Assembly: GCA_041690135.1 (NCBI GenBank)
Contig: JAWLHY010000001.1
Coordinates: 576,001 to 640,000 of the forward strand
Direction of reading: 5' to 3'
Source of the DNA: Armatimonadota bacterium
GTDB lineage: Bacteria > Armatimonadota > SYMT01
DNA length: 64,000 bases
Positions 20,113 to 29,924 of this stretch are shown here, piece after piece. The position numbers and the translations under genes were made by a program. The notes under the pieces are model-generated. The model was not told where the DNA came from and did no database searches. It was given only the letters and a program-made list of their open reading frames with translations. Within the stretch, counting starts at the first letter, position 1, and each line of letters begins with the position of its first letter.

Positions 20113-21042
20113 ATGAGTATGCGAATATCAGCGGGCGCGAAGAAAGCAGCGTTTGCGAGCGCAGGTAATCGCTGCGCGTTTCCGAACTGCGATATGACGC
20201 TGGTTACGAGCGATGGTTACCTTCTCGGCGAGATTGCGCACATCGTCTCGATCACTGGGGCTGGCCCACGCTATGACCCGTCAGTCTCTGTGGGTGACCG
20301 CGTTTCTTCAGAGAACCTAATCGCTCTGTGTCCAAACCACCATCGCGTCGTTGATCTGGAACCAGAAGTCTACACGACGGAGTGGTTGCGCAAAGCGCGT
20401 GCCGAGCACGAAGTTCAAGTTGCCAAGTCAACGATCACCATTCCACGGGTGACACCGTTGCTTCCGAAGGAACTGTCCACCTTCGCAAGTGCGCTCCAAA
20501 CCTGGCGAGAAAACCGCAACAATCCAGATGAAGAATTCTGGCAGACGGTGTTTACTGAACATCCACATCTAATTGCCCAGGCAGTTCCTGGTTGCGTTCT
20601 CCAGATTGGGCAGAAGTGCTACGTCGGAGGCAAAGGTATTCACAACTCGGGCGGCAATATCGTTGACTTTCTTTACGTCATCCAATCCACAAGCAACTTG
20701 GTTGTTGTCGAGATAAAAACCCCTACGACCAAACTGATGGGTGGCCTCTACCGGAACAATGCGTATGCAATCTCCGAAAATCTCACAGGTGCGGTAGTTC
20801 AATGCCTCAACTATCGAGATCAGTCCCTCAAGAACTACTATCAGCTTACTGGTGAGTCGGGCGGGGCGTTTAGTGCATTCAACCCTATGTGCCTGATCAT
20901 CGCGGGGAACGTAGCATCGGAGTGTGATGATTTTAATAAGAAGCGTTCGCTTGAACTTTTCCGTTCAACACTCCAGCCGGTAGTGCTCGGCTACGACGAG
21001 CTATTTGCGAAGGTGGAGAACCTGGTTGATATACTCGGGTGA
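20113..21042 (+). CDS. Shedu (SduA/DUF4263) nuclease with N-terminal HNH domain
   Basis: N-term CAFPNC..EIAHI..GPRYD..NLIALCPNHH; C-term EEFWQ, VDFL, VEIKTP, GAVVQ..NY, LELFR, YDEL. Confidence 0.85.
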   Translation: MSMRISAGAKKAAFASAGNRCAFPNCDMTLVTSDGYLLGEIAHIVSITGAGPRYDPSVSVGDRVSSENLIALCPNHHRVVDLEPEVYTTEWLRKARAEHEVQVAKSTITIPRVTPLLPKELSTFASALQTWRENRNNPDEEFWQTVFTEHPHLIAQAVPGCVLQIGQKCYVGGKGIHNSGGNIVDFLYVIQSTSNLVVVEIKTPTTKLMGGLYRNNAYAISENLTGAVVQCLNYRDQSLKNYYQLTGESGGAFSAFNPMCLIIAGNVASECDDFNKKRSLELFRSTLQPVVLGYDELFAKVENLVDILG

Positions 21043-21156
21043 TCGCTCCGTAGCATCTCTGCCGCTGTGTCCGTACCACATTCACCGCGCTGGAGTCTCA
21101 GCGCTCAAGGCCGTGAGGGAGGTGGGGCGGCGGTCCCGCTGAAGACATTCTCAACG

Positions 21157-21202
21157 CAAGCCCCTTTCCTCTCGGTGGATCATCGCAGCGATGGGACCCG
21201 CG
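21157..21202 (+). repeat. Dispersed island motif copy B
   Basis: CAGCGATGGGACCCGC, core 21190-21199, between convergent Shedu and HNH-TPR-PIN genes. Confidence 0.55.
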
Positions 21203-21236
21203 CTAGGGGTGTGAGAGCATAATCATCCCCGCTCTG

Positions 21237-24200
21237 TCAATTGCAGGGGGTGGAGCGCCCAGCATCCTCAGCAGGTGGATACGTTGACGCTGCGATTCCG
21301 AGATCGGGCAGGGCCTCGGTACGAACCAGGCGCTGGAAATCCCTGGGACAGCCGGATGTCAGCCTGCGCACGAGCGCCGTGACGGCCTGAGGCCGTCTTC
21401 CGAAGCTCCGCACTGCTTGGGCCACAGCCCGTGCTATTATGCCTGAGGCGATACGCCGAGTTCTGGCCCAGTCGTAGATCGCTCGGATGCACGCTGCGGC
21501 CTGATCGTCTGTGCTGTTCTCACACAGCAAGTAACTGCAGCGGTAGACGGCGTGCTGCAGCCAGAAGTCGTCCGGGTCATCCTGGTGGGATTGTTCGAGG
21601 ATCGCTTCTATCCACGGCTGGCGGAGGTCCTCACTGCCAGCTACCCAGTCAGTGAACAGGCTCCAGACTACTTCACTGAGCACAGCAGAACTGAGTCGCC
21701 GCTCCACTTCTGGCCGTCCAACTCGGACGAGCATGCTACGCGCCGCCTGGTTGTCGTCTCTCGGATCGGAGCGGATCGTGTCTGCGATTTCATTGCTCCG
21801 CAGCGGAATCGCCGTGTAGGAGTGGGCGAAGAGCAGCCGAATGCAGCGCCAGTACTCTGACTCATCGATCAATCCCTTGTGGCGGGCAGCTTTCAGGAAG
21901 CCGCAGATGCCGAATGCCACGTTTCCTTGCTCCCGCACCAGATACTGAACGACGGCCTCGTCGGTGAACAGCGGAAGTGCGCTCTCCGCACCTGCCCTGG
22001 CGTCCCGCTCTCCTTCGGCAGCCGAATCCTCTTCGACCACGCCCACTCGTTTCACGACCGGGTGGCGAGCCAGAAAGCGGATGATGTGATGCAGTCGGAG
22101 TCGGGCCGACGGTTCCTGCACCCGGATCATACTGTTTCGGACCTGCAGGAAGAAGTGCTCTGGGACAATCACCGCATCGAACATGCGTGGAAGCAGGTAG
22201 AGCTGGCCGAGAAGCTCTAGCGTCAGCAGGGCCGTGAGGTCCACGGTGACCTGGCGTGCCTCAAAGGCGACCGCTGCTTGCAGGAGATCATCGGCGGGCG
22301 TCCCGCCGTGGCATCTGATCTCGTATTCGGCGTCCCGACGCTGGATGATCTGTTCCCAGAGGGAAGGGAGCGGGAGACCGGTTTCCTGTGCCAACCAGGC
22401 AAGCGGCAGAGTTTGGCATCGATAGGTGAGCCAGGCAAGCCGAACCTGCTCATCGTGCTGAGCGCGAAGTTCGGCCATCTGGCGGTCGCGCTCCTGGCGC
22501 GTGGGAGCCTGTTGTAGCCAGATCAGAGGACTGTCAGGCCAGCGCTCCCGAAACTCTCCGAGCCACTTCAACGCCAGGTCCCACCGCCCACCTCCTTGTA
22601 CGGCGCAAATGGCGCTCATGAACATCTCGGGACTCTTGTCCGCTCCCGCAGCCACGGCTGCTTCCGCCCAGCGCACCGCCTCGGGTGCCGCTTCCATCTC
22701 CCGACAGATCGTCGCTAGGTTGAGGGAGGCGAGTGCGTCAACATTACCCAATTCGTGAGCGCGGACAAGCAGCCGATAGGCTTCATCGAGGTTGAAGAGG
22801 TTCCACTCGGTCTGTGCAAGACCCAGCAGGGCGCGGAGACTGTCTGGCTCCGCTTCCAGGAGCTTCCGCCAGCAGCCCGCTGCATCGCGATGCTGATGCA
22901 GTCGAGCCAAGACGGATGCGCGAATGTCCAATAGCTCCGTGTTTGCGAAGCCTTCGGTCGAAGCCGAGTCGAGAATGGTGAGCGCTTCCTGACACCTTCC
23001 GGTATTCACGAGCGCGGCAGCGCAGTTGTGATAGAGGGCAGGGCGGTTGGGTCTACCTGCTTCCTTGTTGCGCAGGATCAGGTGTTGGCTCACCGCCGCG
23101 AACTCTGCCCAGGCATCCTGATCTAGCAGCACCTTGGCTGCGATCTCCAGGACGAGAAGATTGTCAGGCGCGATCTCCTGGGCACGCCGAATGAACGCCA
23201 GCGCTTCCTCTGCCAGCCCATCCTGCAAGCGCCATTGCGCCCGCTCTAGGTACGCCTGCCATGGGTTAGGGTAGGTTTCAATGGCCCTCGCCAGGAGTGC
23301 TTCGGCTTCTTCCCTTTGGGTGGCTTCGCCCTCGCCTTCCGCCGTCTGATGTCGCAGGGCATGCGCAACGAGCACTTCCACGTCCAGCTTCAAGGCGGTC
23401 GGTAGGTCAGGATGGTCTCGTAGCGGCGCGAGGCGCTCAAGTGCTTCGGAGAACCACCGAGCACTAACGAGCGTGAGGCACAGGTTGTAGATCGTGGGAA
23501 GATCGGTTGGGTCCAACTCGACCGCGTGAACGAAGTGGAGACGTGCCGCCTCCATATCCCCCTCGCTCATCTCTACCCGCGCAAGCCCGCGCAGTGCAGG
23601 CACCAGCACCGAGCGAGGCGGTCCAGCCGCTGTAGCCCGCACGTAAGCGTCTCGTGCCGCCGTGATGCTCCCTAGCTCCAGGTGGCAGAGACCGGCATGT
23701 ACCAGGCACCGCGCTGCGGCTGCGGCACGGCCATTCTGGTTATACTGCTCGGCGGAGTACTCGAACTCCGCAGATGCTTCCACCAGGCGGTTCCGGTCGA
23801 TCCTCAGGTCGGAGAGCAGTGTGTTGGCAAGACTATGTGACTCGGGCGAGGTGATGGCTTGGGAGAGGAGCACATCACCCAGAAGTTCATGGGCTTCGGG
23901 TTCACCCGGCTCACGCGCCACGCAGTCCCTGGCGAGAGCTTCTGCCTTGTCCAGTTCGCCTGCCAGACGGTAGGCATTTGTCAGGGCGTAGTCGCGGCGG
24001 ATGTCAACGTCCCCTCGCAGCCGGGCTTGGCCGTCCAGAAGCTCTATCGCTTGCTGCGGCTTTCCCTGGCTGAGGAGCAGGTTCGCTTTCGTGTGGACGG
24101 CCTCGGGCAGCGTAGGATCAGACCTAAGTATCGGCTCCAGAAGGCGCAGCGATTCCTCCACAGGATCGTCACAAAGGTCCCGAGCGATGACGAGATTGGT

Positions 24201-24962
24201 GACGGCGTGGGGGTAGTCGGGACGGAGTCGCAATGCTTCCTCGAATGCTGCCTTGGCCTCCGCCTGCCGCATAAACGCGAGATGACAGCAGCCAAGGCGT
24301 GTCAGGCGAGCATAACGGAGGTCATCTGTCCAACCGTAACCGTCGCCCGTGCCGAGTTGGAGCACAGCCCAAGCAACCTGATACCGCCCCTCTTCGATGT
24401 AGCGCTTCCCGAGGTCAAGCTGCTGACGGATGATTTCGTGAGTCGCCGACCGCTGCGCCGCGACAGCTTCCTGATAGGCGAGACTGATGTTACGGGTGTC
24501 CTGGCGTCCCCACTCCGCATTCTCGTGCAAGAGATCACGAAACGAGCTGAGTTCAGCCGGTCGTCGGTTGACCTCAACCTGGGGCCAGAGCGGACGGACC
24601 CCACCGCCAGCGATCAACGCCTCATGCTGCCCTTTCCATTCGAGTAGCAACTCCTTAGGGAAAACATTCGGGTCTCGGTCGATCATCGTGGCGCAGATGG
24701 TGCAGAGCCAGATAGCGTTCTGGATGCTCATCCGCTCCTGCGATGTCTGGAGAGGATCGTATCGGGGTCCCCCTGGCGAGGCCGCGCAGATGTGTGCGGC
24801 CTCGCCGAGGGTGGTCACCCTCGCTGGATCAGAATGGGGCGCGACCGTGAGCCGTCCGCAGTCCGGATTGCTGCAGGCGTATGCTGCGCGTGCGGCGAGT
24901 ACTCGGCGCACTGACGGGGAGAAGTCGTCGCGTGGCAAGAAAGCACACTCGTGTCCGGACAC
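21237..24962 (-). CDS. HNH-like domain + TPR solenoid + PIN-like domain protein
   Basis: N-term CSNPDC..EAAHICAASPGGPRYD..NAIWLC; many TPR-like repeats; VTVDLTALLTL..FDAVIVP and LFTDE PIN-like motifs. Confidence 0.75.
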   Translation of the reverse strand: MSGHECAFLPRDDFSPSVRRVLAARAAYACSNPDCGRLTVAPHSDPARVTTLGEAAHICAASPGGPRYDPLQTSQERMSIQNAIWLCTICATMIDRDPNVFPKELLLEWKGQHEALIAGGGVRPLWPQVEVNRRPAELSSFRDLLHENAEWGRQDTRNISLAYQEAVAAQRSATHEIIRQQLDLGKRYIEEGRYQVAWAVLQLGTGDGYGWTDDLRYARLTRLGCCHLAFMRQAEAKAAFEEALRLRPDYPHAVTNLVIARDLCDDPVEESLRLLEPILRSDPTLPEAVHTKANLLLSQGKPQQAIELLDGQARLRGDVDIRRDYALTNAYRLAGELDKAEALARDCVAREPGEPEAHELLGDVLLSQAITSPESHSLANTLLSDLRIDRNRLVEASAEFEYSAEQYNQNGRAAAAARCLVHAGLCHLELGSITAARDAYVRATAAGPPRSVLVPALRGLARVEMSEGDMEAARLHFVHAVELDPTDLPTIYNLCLTLVSARWFSEALERLAPLRDHPDLPTALKLDVEVLVAHALRHQTAEGEGEATQREEAEALLARAIETYPNPWQAYLERAQWRLQDGLAEEALAFIRRAQEIAPDNLLVLEIAAKVLLDQDAWAEFAAVSQHLILRNKEAGRPNRPALYHNCAAALVNTGRCQEALTILDSASTEGFANTELLDIRASVLARLHQHRDAAGCWRKLLEAEPDSLRALLGLAQTEWNLFNLDEAYRLLVRAHELGNVDALASLNLATICREMEAAPEAVRWAEAAVAAGADKSPEMFMSAICAVQGGGRWDLALKWLGEFRERWPDSPLIWLQQAPTRQERDRQMAELRAQHDEQVRLAWLTYRCQTLPLAWLAQETGLPLPSLWEQIIQRRDAEYEIRCHGGTPADDLLQAAVAFEARQVTVDLTALLTLELLGQLYLLPRMFDAVIVPEHFFLQVRNSMIRVQEPSARLRLHHIIRFLARHPVVKRVGVVEEDSAAEGERDARAGAESALPLFTDEAVVQYLVREQGNVAFGICGFLKAARHKGLIDESEYWRCIRLLFAHSYTAIPLRSNEIADTIRSDPRDDNQAARSMLVRVGRPEVERRLSSAVLSEVVWSLFTDWVAGSEDLRQPWIEAILEQSHQDDPDDFWLQHAVYRCSYLLCENSTDDQAAACIRAIYDWARTRRIASGIIARAVAQAVRSFGRRPQAVTALVRRLTSGCPRDFQRLVRTEALPDLGIAASTYPPAEDAGRSTPCN

Positions 24963-25131
24963 AGCCTGACTGCGGCGATGGGCTGGCCATACCTTCTGAA
25001 AAGTATCTGCACCAGCATATCAAATCTTCGTTTGCCAGTCAACCGAGATGTCTCCCGGTCCTCAAGGGCTGCGGGCCTCCATAAGTCTCATGCTCTTTCA
25101 GCGGCGTGCACGGCTCCGAGGGGTCATGCTC

Positions 25132-25191
25132 TTGGGAGTCCCGAGGAAACCCCCTCCACCGCGCTGGAACGATCCAGCGATGGGTCCCACG
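25132..25191 (+). repeat. Dispersed island motif copy C
   Basis: GAGGAAACCCCCTCCACCGCGCTGGAACGATCCAGCGATGGGTCCC; core 25179-25188. Confidence 0.7.
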
Positions 25192-25302
25192 CTCGCCGTA
25201 CCCAGGATGCGCCAGGAAGACTGATCGCCGAGGTCTCCCGCCCCGACACTCCGAACAAGGAAGTAGAACAGCCGCTGCGAGTATAAGGCAGGAGGGAGTC
25301 AA

Positions 25303-25470
25303 GTGGAGGAAGCCAGACCGTTACAGGCCGATGCGCTCTTCGTCGCGTGTCGAGAACGTAATTACCCAGAGGTGGCGCGATTGCTGGATGAGGGGCCGTC
25401 ACTGGTGAACTTTCAGTTGCATGCGGGAGACGAGCATCCGCCCTACTGCAGCGGATGCTGGACACCCCAC
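25303..25470 (+). pseudogene. Truncated ankyrin-repeat gene start
   Basis: LFVACRERNYPEVARLLDEGPSLVN...GCWTP, with GGAGGGAG RBS; then runs antisense into the next gene. Confidence 0.45.
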
Positions 25471-25505
25471 TCCGAAGCGGGTGACCGCCGTAGCCCTTCT
25501 AACCT

Positions 25506-26516
25506 CTACCGCACTCTGCCCTGGAGACCATCGCCTGGTGGCGTCTGCGAGTCACAGATTACACGCTGTCGTGCCTCAATCCTCTCCATGACTCTCCCGA
25601 TCCGAGCATCGAGGTCGTCCAGGTCCGGATTGAAGTTTCCGACCTGGCGCAAAGCCTCGTCTCGGGCCAACGGGTCACTAGCAGTCAACTCAACCTCGGT
25701 GCCGCTAATGCAGTCAATGCAGTAACTAGCGAAGCAACGAGGACCCTCGTATCGGTCGCAGAGTAACACGATCAGGCGAAGGCAGCTAAAGTACTCCACC
25801 TCTGCGTAGAGCAACCCCGCCGCTCCATCTCCGAAGATGGTTACCCGATGGCAGATAAGGTCATCAGGAGTCCGGTTTTCGAGTGCCGCGTCGGCGTAGC
25901 CGACATAGGATTCGTCTGCCATGCCTCTGATGAAGGGGATTAGATGCTGGATGATCTCGCGAGACCCACCTCTGAGCATGTACAGGTTCACTGCGGACTT
26001 GCAGACGGCCCTGGCTACTTCCGCTCCTCCGAACGAGATGCGTACCCGCGCAAGGCTGTCCGGGCGGTGCGACTCCTCCACTGCTGCTGTTAAAGCCGCC
26101 TCTACGTCGAGTTGCGGGTATCGTCGCTTCAGACCATTGAGCAGCTTCCGGGCCTCCTCTCTGCTTCGAGCTTGAATGTTGAGGAAGACCTCTTCCCCCT
26201 CCTCGGTGACCTCGACATGTGGGCGGGCACGGTGGCCTACGCCGTCCGTCTCCACCAGTACGGTCTCCCCCGTATCCAGTAGTTCGAATCGTAAAGGAGG
26301 GGTCTCGCCACGTTGCCGGGAGACATCTAGCAGATGCGATAGGGGGTGGAGTTGACGACATAGCTCGGCATCGATCCGCTCTCCGAACTCGCAGTTGCAC
26401 GAGTGGCATAATAGTTTATCGGAGCGAAGCCTGCCGCCGATTGCGTTAGCGATCACGTGCTCCCGTGAGTAGTTCTCCCCAGTAATCTGTGACTCGCAGA
26501 CGTAGCAAGTGCCCAT
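25506..26516 (-). CDS. HNH endonuclease family protein
   Basis: MGTCYVC...SREHVIANAIGG...LLCHSCNCEFG..ID. Confidence 0.8.
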   Translation of the reverse strand: MGTCYVCESQITGENYSREHVIANAIGGRLRSDKLLCHSCNCEFGERIDAELCRQLHPLSHLLDVSRQRGETPPLRFELLDTGETVLVETDGVGHRARPHVEVTEEGEEVFLNIQARSREEARKLLNGLKRRYPQLDVEAALTAAVEESHRPDSLARVRISFGGAEVARAVCKSAVNLYMLRGGSREIIQHLIPFIRGMADESYVGYADAALENRTPDDLICHRVTIFGDGAAGLLYAEVEYFSCLRLIVLLCDRYEGPRCFASYCIDCISGTEVELTASDPLARDEALRQVGNFNPDLDDLDARIGRVMERIEARQRVICDSQTPPGDGLQGRVR

Positions 26517-26544
26517 CGTTCTTCCCGTAGTCAGTGTGACCGGC

Positions 26545-27372
26545 TCAAGGGCGAAGGAGACTCCCGGCCCGCCTCGCCAGTGCAAGTAGGTCGGACTTGA
26601 AGGCCGAATCCGGCAGTGCGTGGATTACCTCTTCGTAGGTCACCCAGTGAAGATGGAGGCGTTCCAGGCATCCCGCCAAGTCCAGAGGACAGTGGCGGCG
26701 GATGGCCCCTGTTGCGAGCGCCAAGTCCTCCAGTATTGCCTGCGGGTTCCCTTTATACTCCCAGAACTTGCAGCCGTAGAAGCGGGTCCTGGGATGATCC
26801 CGGAAGAGGCGAGGGGTTAGCAGGACGACATGAACCGCGTCTGGGACGGCGGTGACCCGCGTTGTTGTCCGCGTTTCTAAACCGCAGAATGTGAGGGCCG
26901 TTTCGATCACCCGCACCAACTGGTTCCGTGTCGGGTCGTGTGTGGTGCGGGAGGCCATGTCAGAGTAGAGCTTCGCCTCCACAAAGGCTATCCAGGACGG
27001 CTCTCCAGCCGGGCGGAGCGCGAACTGGATGCCACCCGCTTTGTCAGGACGCAGGGCGATGTCTCCTGTCGCGAGGTCGATGTGGCTGTTGTACTCCTTC
27101 GTCCGAGCAGGATAGGCTAGCGCTTCCAGCCAGATCGTCTCGGTGGGCGTCGGAGGTGGGGCACCGAGGAGGACGGACGCCAGCCGGGTCGGGCCGTCCG
27201 GCAGGCAGGCGTAGCCCCAGGCGCAGAGGTAGGTCCATATCTGCTCGTCCTCAACAGGTGCGAGACCGTGCTCGACGTTCGCGAGGGCCGCTCTTAAGGC
27301 AGTCTCGCTCAGGCTACCCTTCCGAAGGCTGTTCGGGAGGGGTTGCCCCAACGTGGAATCCAGAAGGGACAT
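26545..27372 (-). CDS. Putative PD-(D/E)XK nuclease
   Basis: SHIDLATG...FVEAKLYSD...HDPTRNQLVR; start moved to ATG 27372. Confidence 0.6.
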   Translation of the reverse strand: MSLLDSTLGQPLPNSLRKGSLSETALRAALANVEHGLAPVEDEQIWTYLCAWGYACLPDGPTRLASVLLGAPPPTPTETIWLEALAYPARTKEYNSHIDLATGDIALRPDKAGGIQFALRPAGEPSWIAFVEAKLYSDMASRTTHDPTRNQLVRVIETALTFCGLETRTTTRVTAVPDAVHVVLLTPRLFRDHPRTRFYGCKFWEYKGNPQAILEDLALATGAIRRHCPLDLAGCLERLHLHWVTYEEVIHALPDSAFKSDLLALARRAGSLLRP

Positions 27373-27442
27373 GGTGAACCTACACAACGCACGTGCCCGA
27401 AGTGGCTGCCAGAGGGACTTAGCCTCCCTGCAATCCTGCCTA

Positions 27443-28270
27443 TCAGGCGTCCGGGAGAGGGTTTGGTGCTCGTGGGAACACCCTCTCGAAGTCCCAGTAA
27501 TCTTCAGCGCCCACGAAGCACTCGGACAGCCAGACTTCATCCACCTGTGGCGGTGGCGGGGAGTCCGTCAGAATGGCTGTCCAGTCATCCTCTCCCAGGT
27601 AGTAGTTGCCGATCCTCTCTAGGAGCAGCACGCGCCTCGTGTCCTCGTAGCCCAGGAACTTCCGAGAGCACGCATCAAAGAAACGCATCAACTCGGGTGC
27701 CAAGCCCGCCCGCGCCTCGGCACAGGCTTCGGGTGTCAGATAATCGATGGACGACGACCAGTTGACGATCAGGCCCGAAGTTGGCTCATCCTCCTCTCGC
27801 TCAACTTCGTGCTGGCGGCGCAGTCGCCAGCCCCAACGCCCAGAGACGCCCTGGAAGGTAGCACCCGGCTCCAGGCTGCTGAACTTCACCAATACACACC
27901 GACTCACCTCGTCAGCGAAGGCGAGGAGTTCACGCCGCGACCCCTGGATCAGGTCAGGCAACTGTAGCTGAAAGGGAGCCTGCCGCAATGCCGCGCCCAC
28001 CTGGTCGAAAATACGGCCCGCGACCAGGTGATCGTTCTGATGCCGCTGGGCGTAGTCCGCAGGCCAGATGAGGCTCTTCCGCTCAATGGTCAGCCTCGCC
28101 CCGCTGGACGGATCGACATACAGCGCCTCAGGCTGTGGTCTGTCCGAGGGCGTAAGGTCAAGACAGGCTTCGTGGCGGTATCCTGTGCCTTCTGCGCTAT
28201 TGAGATGCTCTACAAACGGCTCCGTGTTTCGGCGCTCGCACCCTCCCGAGTGTGGCAGGCAGGCCATCAT
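27443..28270 (-). CDS. Hypothetical protein, possible nuclease fold
   Basis: AAGGAG RBS; PQPEALY...LTIERKS resembles a variant PD-(D/E)XK motif. Confidence 0.55.
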   Translation of the reverse strand: MMACLPHSGGCERRNTEPFVEHLNSAEGTGYRHEACLDLTPSDRPQPEALYVDPSSGARLTIERKSLIWPADYAQRHQNDHLVAGRIFDQVGAALRQAPFQLQLPDLIQGSRRELLAFADEVSRCVLVKFSSLEPGATFQGVSGRWGWRLRRQHEVEREEDEPTSGLIVNWSSSIDYLTPEACAEARAGLAPELMRFFDACSRKFLGYEDTRRVLLLERIGNYYLGEDDWTAILTDSPPPPQVDEVWLSECFVGAEDYWDFERVFPRAPNPLPDA

Positions 28271-28294
28271 GCATCTCCTTGTCGTTCTAAGCAG

Positions 28295-29005
28295 TCATGC
28301 CCCTTGCGACTGGTGCTTCCACTGAAGCCAGCGATCCAGGAGGTTGCGCACGAGTGAACGCGCATCATCGAGGCTCATCGGGTTCTTCGGGGGCTGAGTG
28401 CTCTCCTTGCCGTGACGGGCGACATCCCCGAGGGCACCAACGCTGTTTGACGTGTGCTTGAAGTTCTTGATCACTGCCGCAGAAGCCCAGTCCCCTTCAC
28501 GGATGGCCTTCCCGGCATCACCCTCAATCACCTCGAAGACCACGTAGAGGTCTCGCCAGTCAAGATCACCCGACCCGAAGATTCGCAGGGCCTTGGCAAC
28601 CTCTGGGTCGTGGGTGAGACCAAACAGCATCTGCAGGTCCGGCTTCGCTGCAGGGGCGTCCGTGCCGCCGTAGAGTTCAGCGGTCATGTTGGAACGGATG
28701 CGTGCGTTCCCGCTGAACGTCACATAGTTGTGCCTGACGGTCTCACTCTCAATGAGGGTGACGCCGCCGACCGCAACCCGTTCGAAGCCGTTGAGAAGCG
28801 TCTTTCCCAGCCCATTTAAGGACTGTACGATTGCCTCGGCCTTCTCGCGCACCTCGCCCGCATCAGTGAGCGCCTCGAACTCCCTAGCCCGCAGGACGTA
28901 ACCTCCGTCCTGCTCCGTCACGTTCAGGTCATCCGACGTAAACGCAGCAGCGAGTGCTTGCAGATCGAACTTGTGGCCTTCTAGCCGTACCCGCCATTCA
29001 GTCAT
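28295..29005 (-). CDS. Hypothetical protein, possibly HEPN-like helical C-terminus
   Basis: WRDLYVVFEVIE...FKHTSNS...ARHG; co-oriented with three downstream genes. Confidence 0.6.
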   Translation of the reverse strand: MTEWRVRLEGHKFDLQALAAAFTSDDLNVTEQDGGYVLRAREFEALTDAGEVREKAEAIVQSLNGLGKTLLNGFERVAVGGVTLIESETVRHNYVTFSGNARIRSNMTAELYGGTDAPAAKPDLQMLFGLTHDPEVAKALRIFGSGDLDWRDLYVVFEVIEGDAGKAIREGDWASAAVIKNFKHTSNSVGALGDVARHGKESTQPPKNPMSLDDARSLVRNLLDRWLQWKHQSQGA

Positions 29006-29153
29006 CCCTGACCACTCTCTCTGACCCTACCGATGTCCGGTAACCAGCCTGGCAGCGATTGTACCACTTTCGCGGTCGTCCGTGTATGGGGCCTGCGACC
29101 TGCGGGGCCGTCTACCCCGTAGAAGTTCCGTCCCGTGTAGGAGCGCAGCGCCT

Positions 29154-29840
29154 TCATGCCGCCTCCTCGTCGCCCCACACGATCCGGCACGCCTGCTCAC
29201 CATTGAGCCTATGCGGTGGCCGGCAGAGAGCCTCCGTCAGTGCATCGAGTTTCTCTCTGTGCGCCCGAATGATAGTTCGAGCCAGGTTCTCTGCCGCGTG
29301 GTAGAACTCCCACAGCCTCGACTCTCGGGGATCGTCTGCGTATATCTCGTCCCACTCTGGGAAGCCCAGCATCTCGCAGATAACGGCGATTGCACTCTCT
29401 GTGTCTCCTGTTGGGTCCAGGCGCTCCCGCTTCGAGAGGCGTCCGTATACCTCCCGCACAGCGGCCCTGCCCGCCGCTGTGATGCAGACACGGTCCAACT
29501 CGCTCTGGTAGTAGCTGTGGCAAATGCCCATTTCGCCGTTCTCGTCCCCCTCACGGAAGGGTGAGATCCAAACCTCCTCAATGTAACACTCTGGGAGGAT
29601 GAGGGCCACCAAAGCGTGCCCGCTCTCGTGGACCGCCCTCCTCCGCAGCTTGTGCCTGGAACATCGACGGGGTTGGGCGTTTACCTCCGCCAGGGGAACC
29701 TCTCTCTGGTCTGCTTTCGCCGCGTGTCCCGCAAATTGCCGCTTTCCTCTTGACTGCGGGGACTGGCCCTCTGGCTCAAAGCGGACACGGCTCTTGGTCA
29801 TGAGGTCGTCGCGCAGTGACGACTGGCTAGCGCTCTCCAT
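29154..29840 (-). CDS. Stand-alone M41/FtsH-like zinc peptidase domain
   Basis: RRAVHESGHALVA (HExxH), AAGRAA, LDALTEAL; no AAA domain. Confidence 0.7.
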   Translation of the reverse strand: MESASQSSLRDDLMTKSRVRFEPEGQSPQSRGKRQFAGHAAKADQREVPLAEVNAQPRRCSRHKLRRRAVHESGHALVALILPECYIEEVWISPFREGDENGEMGICHSYYQSELDRVCITAAGRAAVREVYGRLSKRERLDPTGDTESAIAVICEMLGFPEWDEIYADDPRESRLWEFYHAAENLARTIIRAHREKLDALTEALCRPPHRLNGEQACRIVWGDEEAA

Positions 29841-29924
29841 TCAGCCCTCCTCTGGGTTTTGTAACAGCTGGGTGCCTGCGGCCTATCCGCGAGCACCCGC
29901 TATATAAAGTTGGGGACAGCAAAG

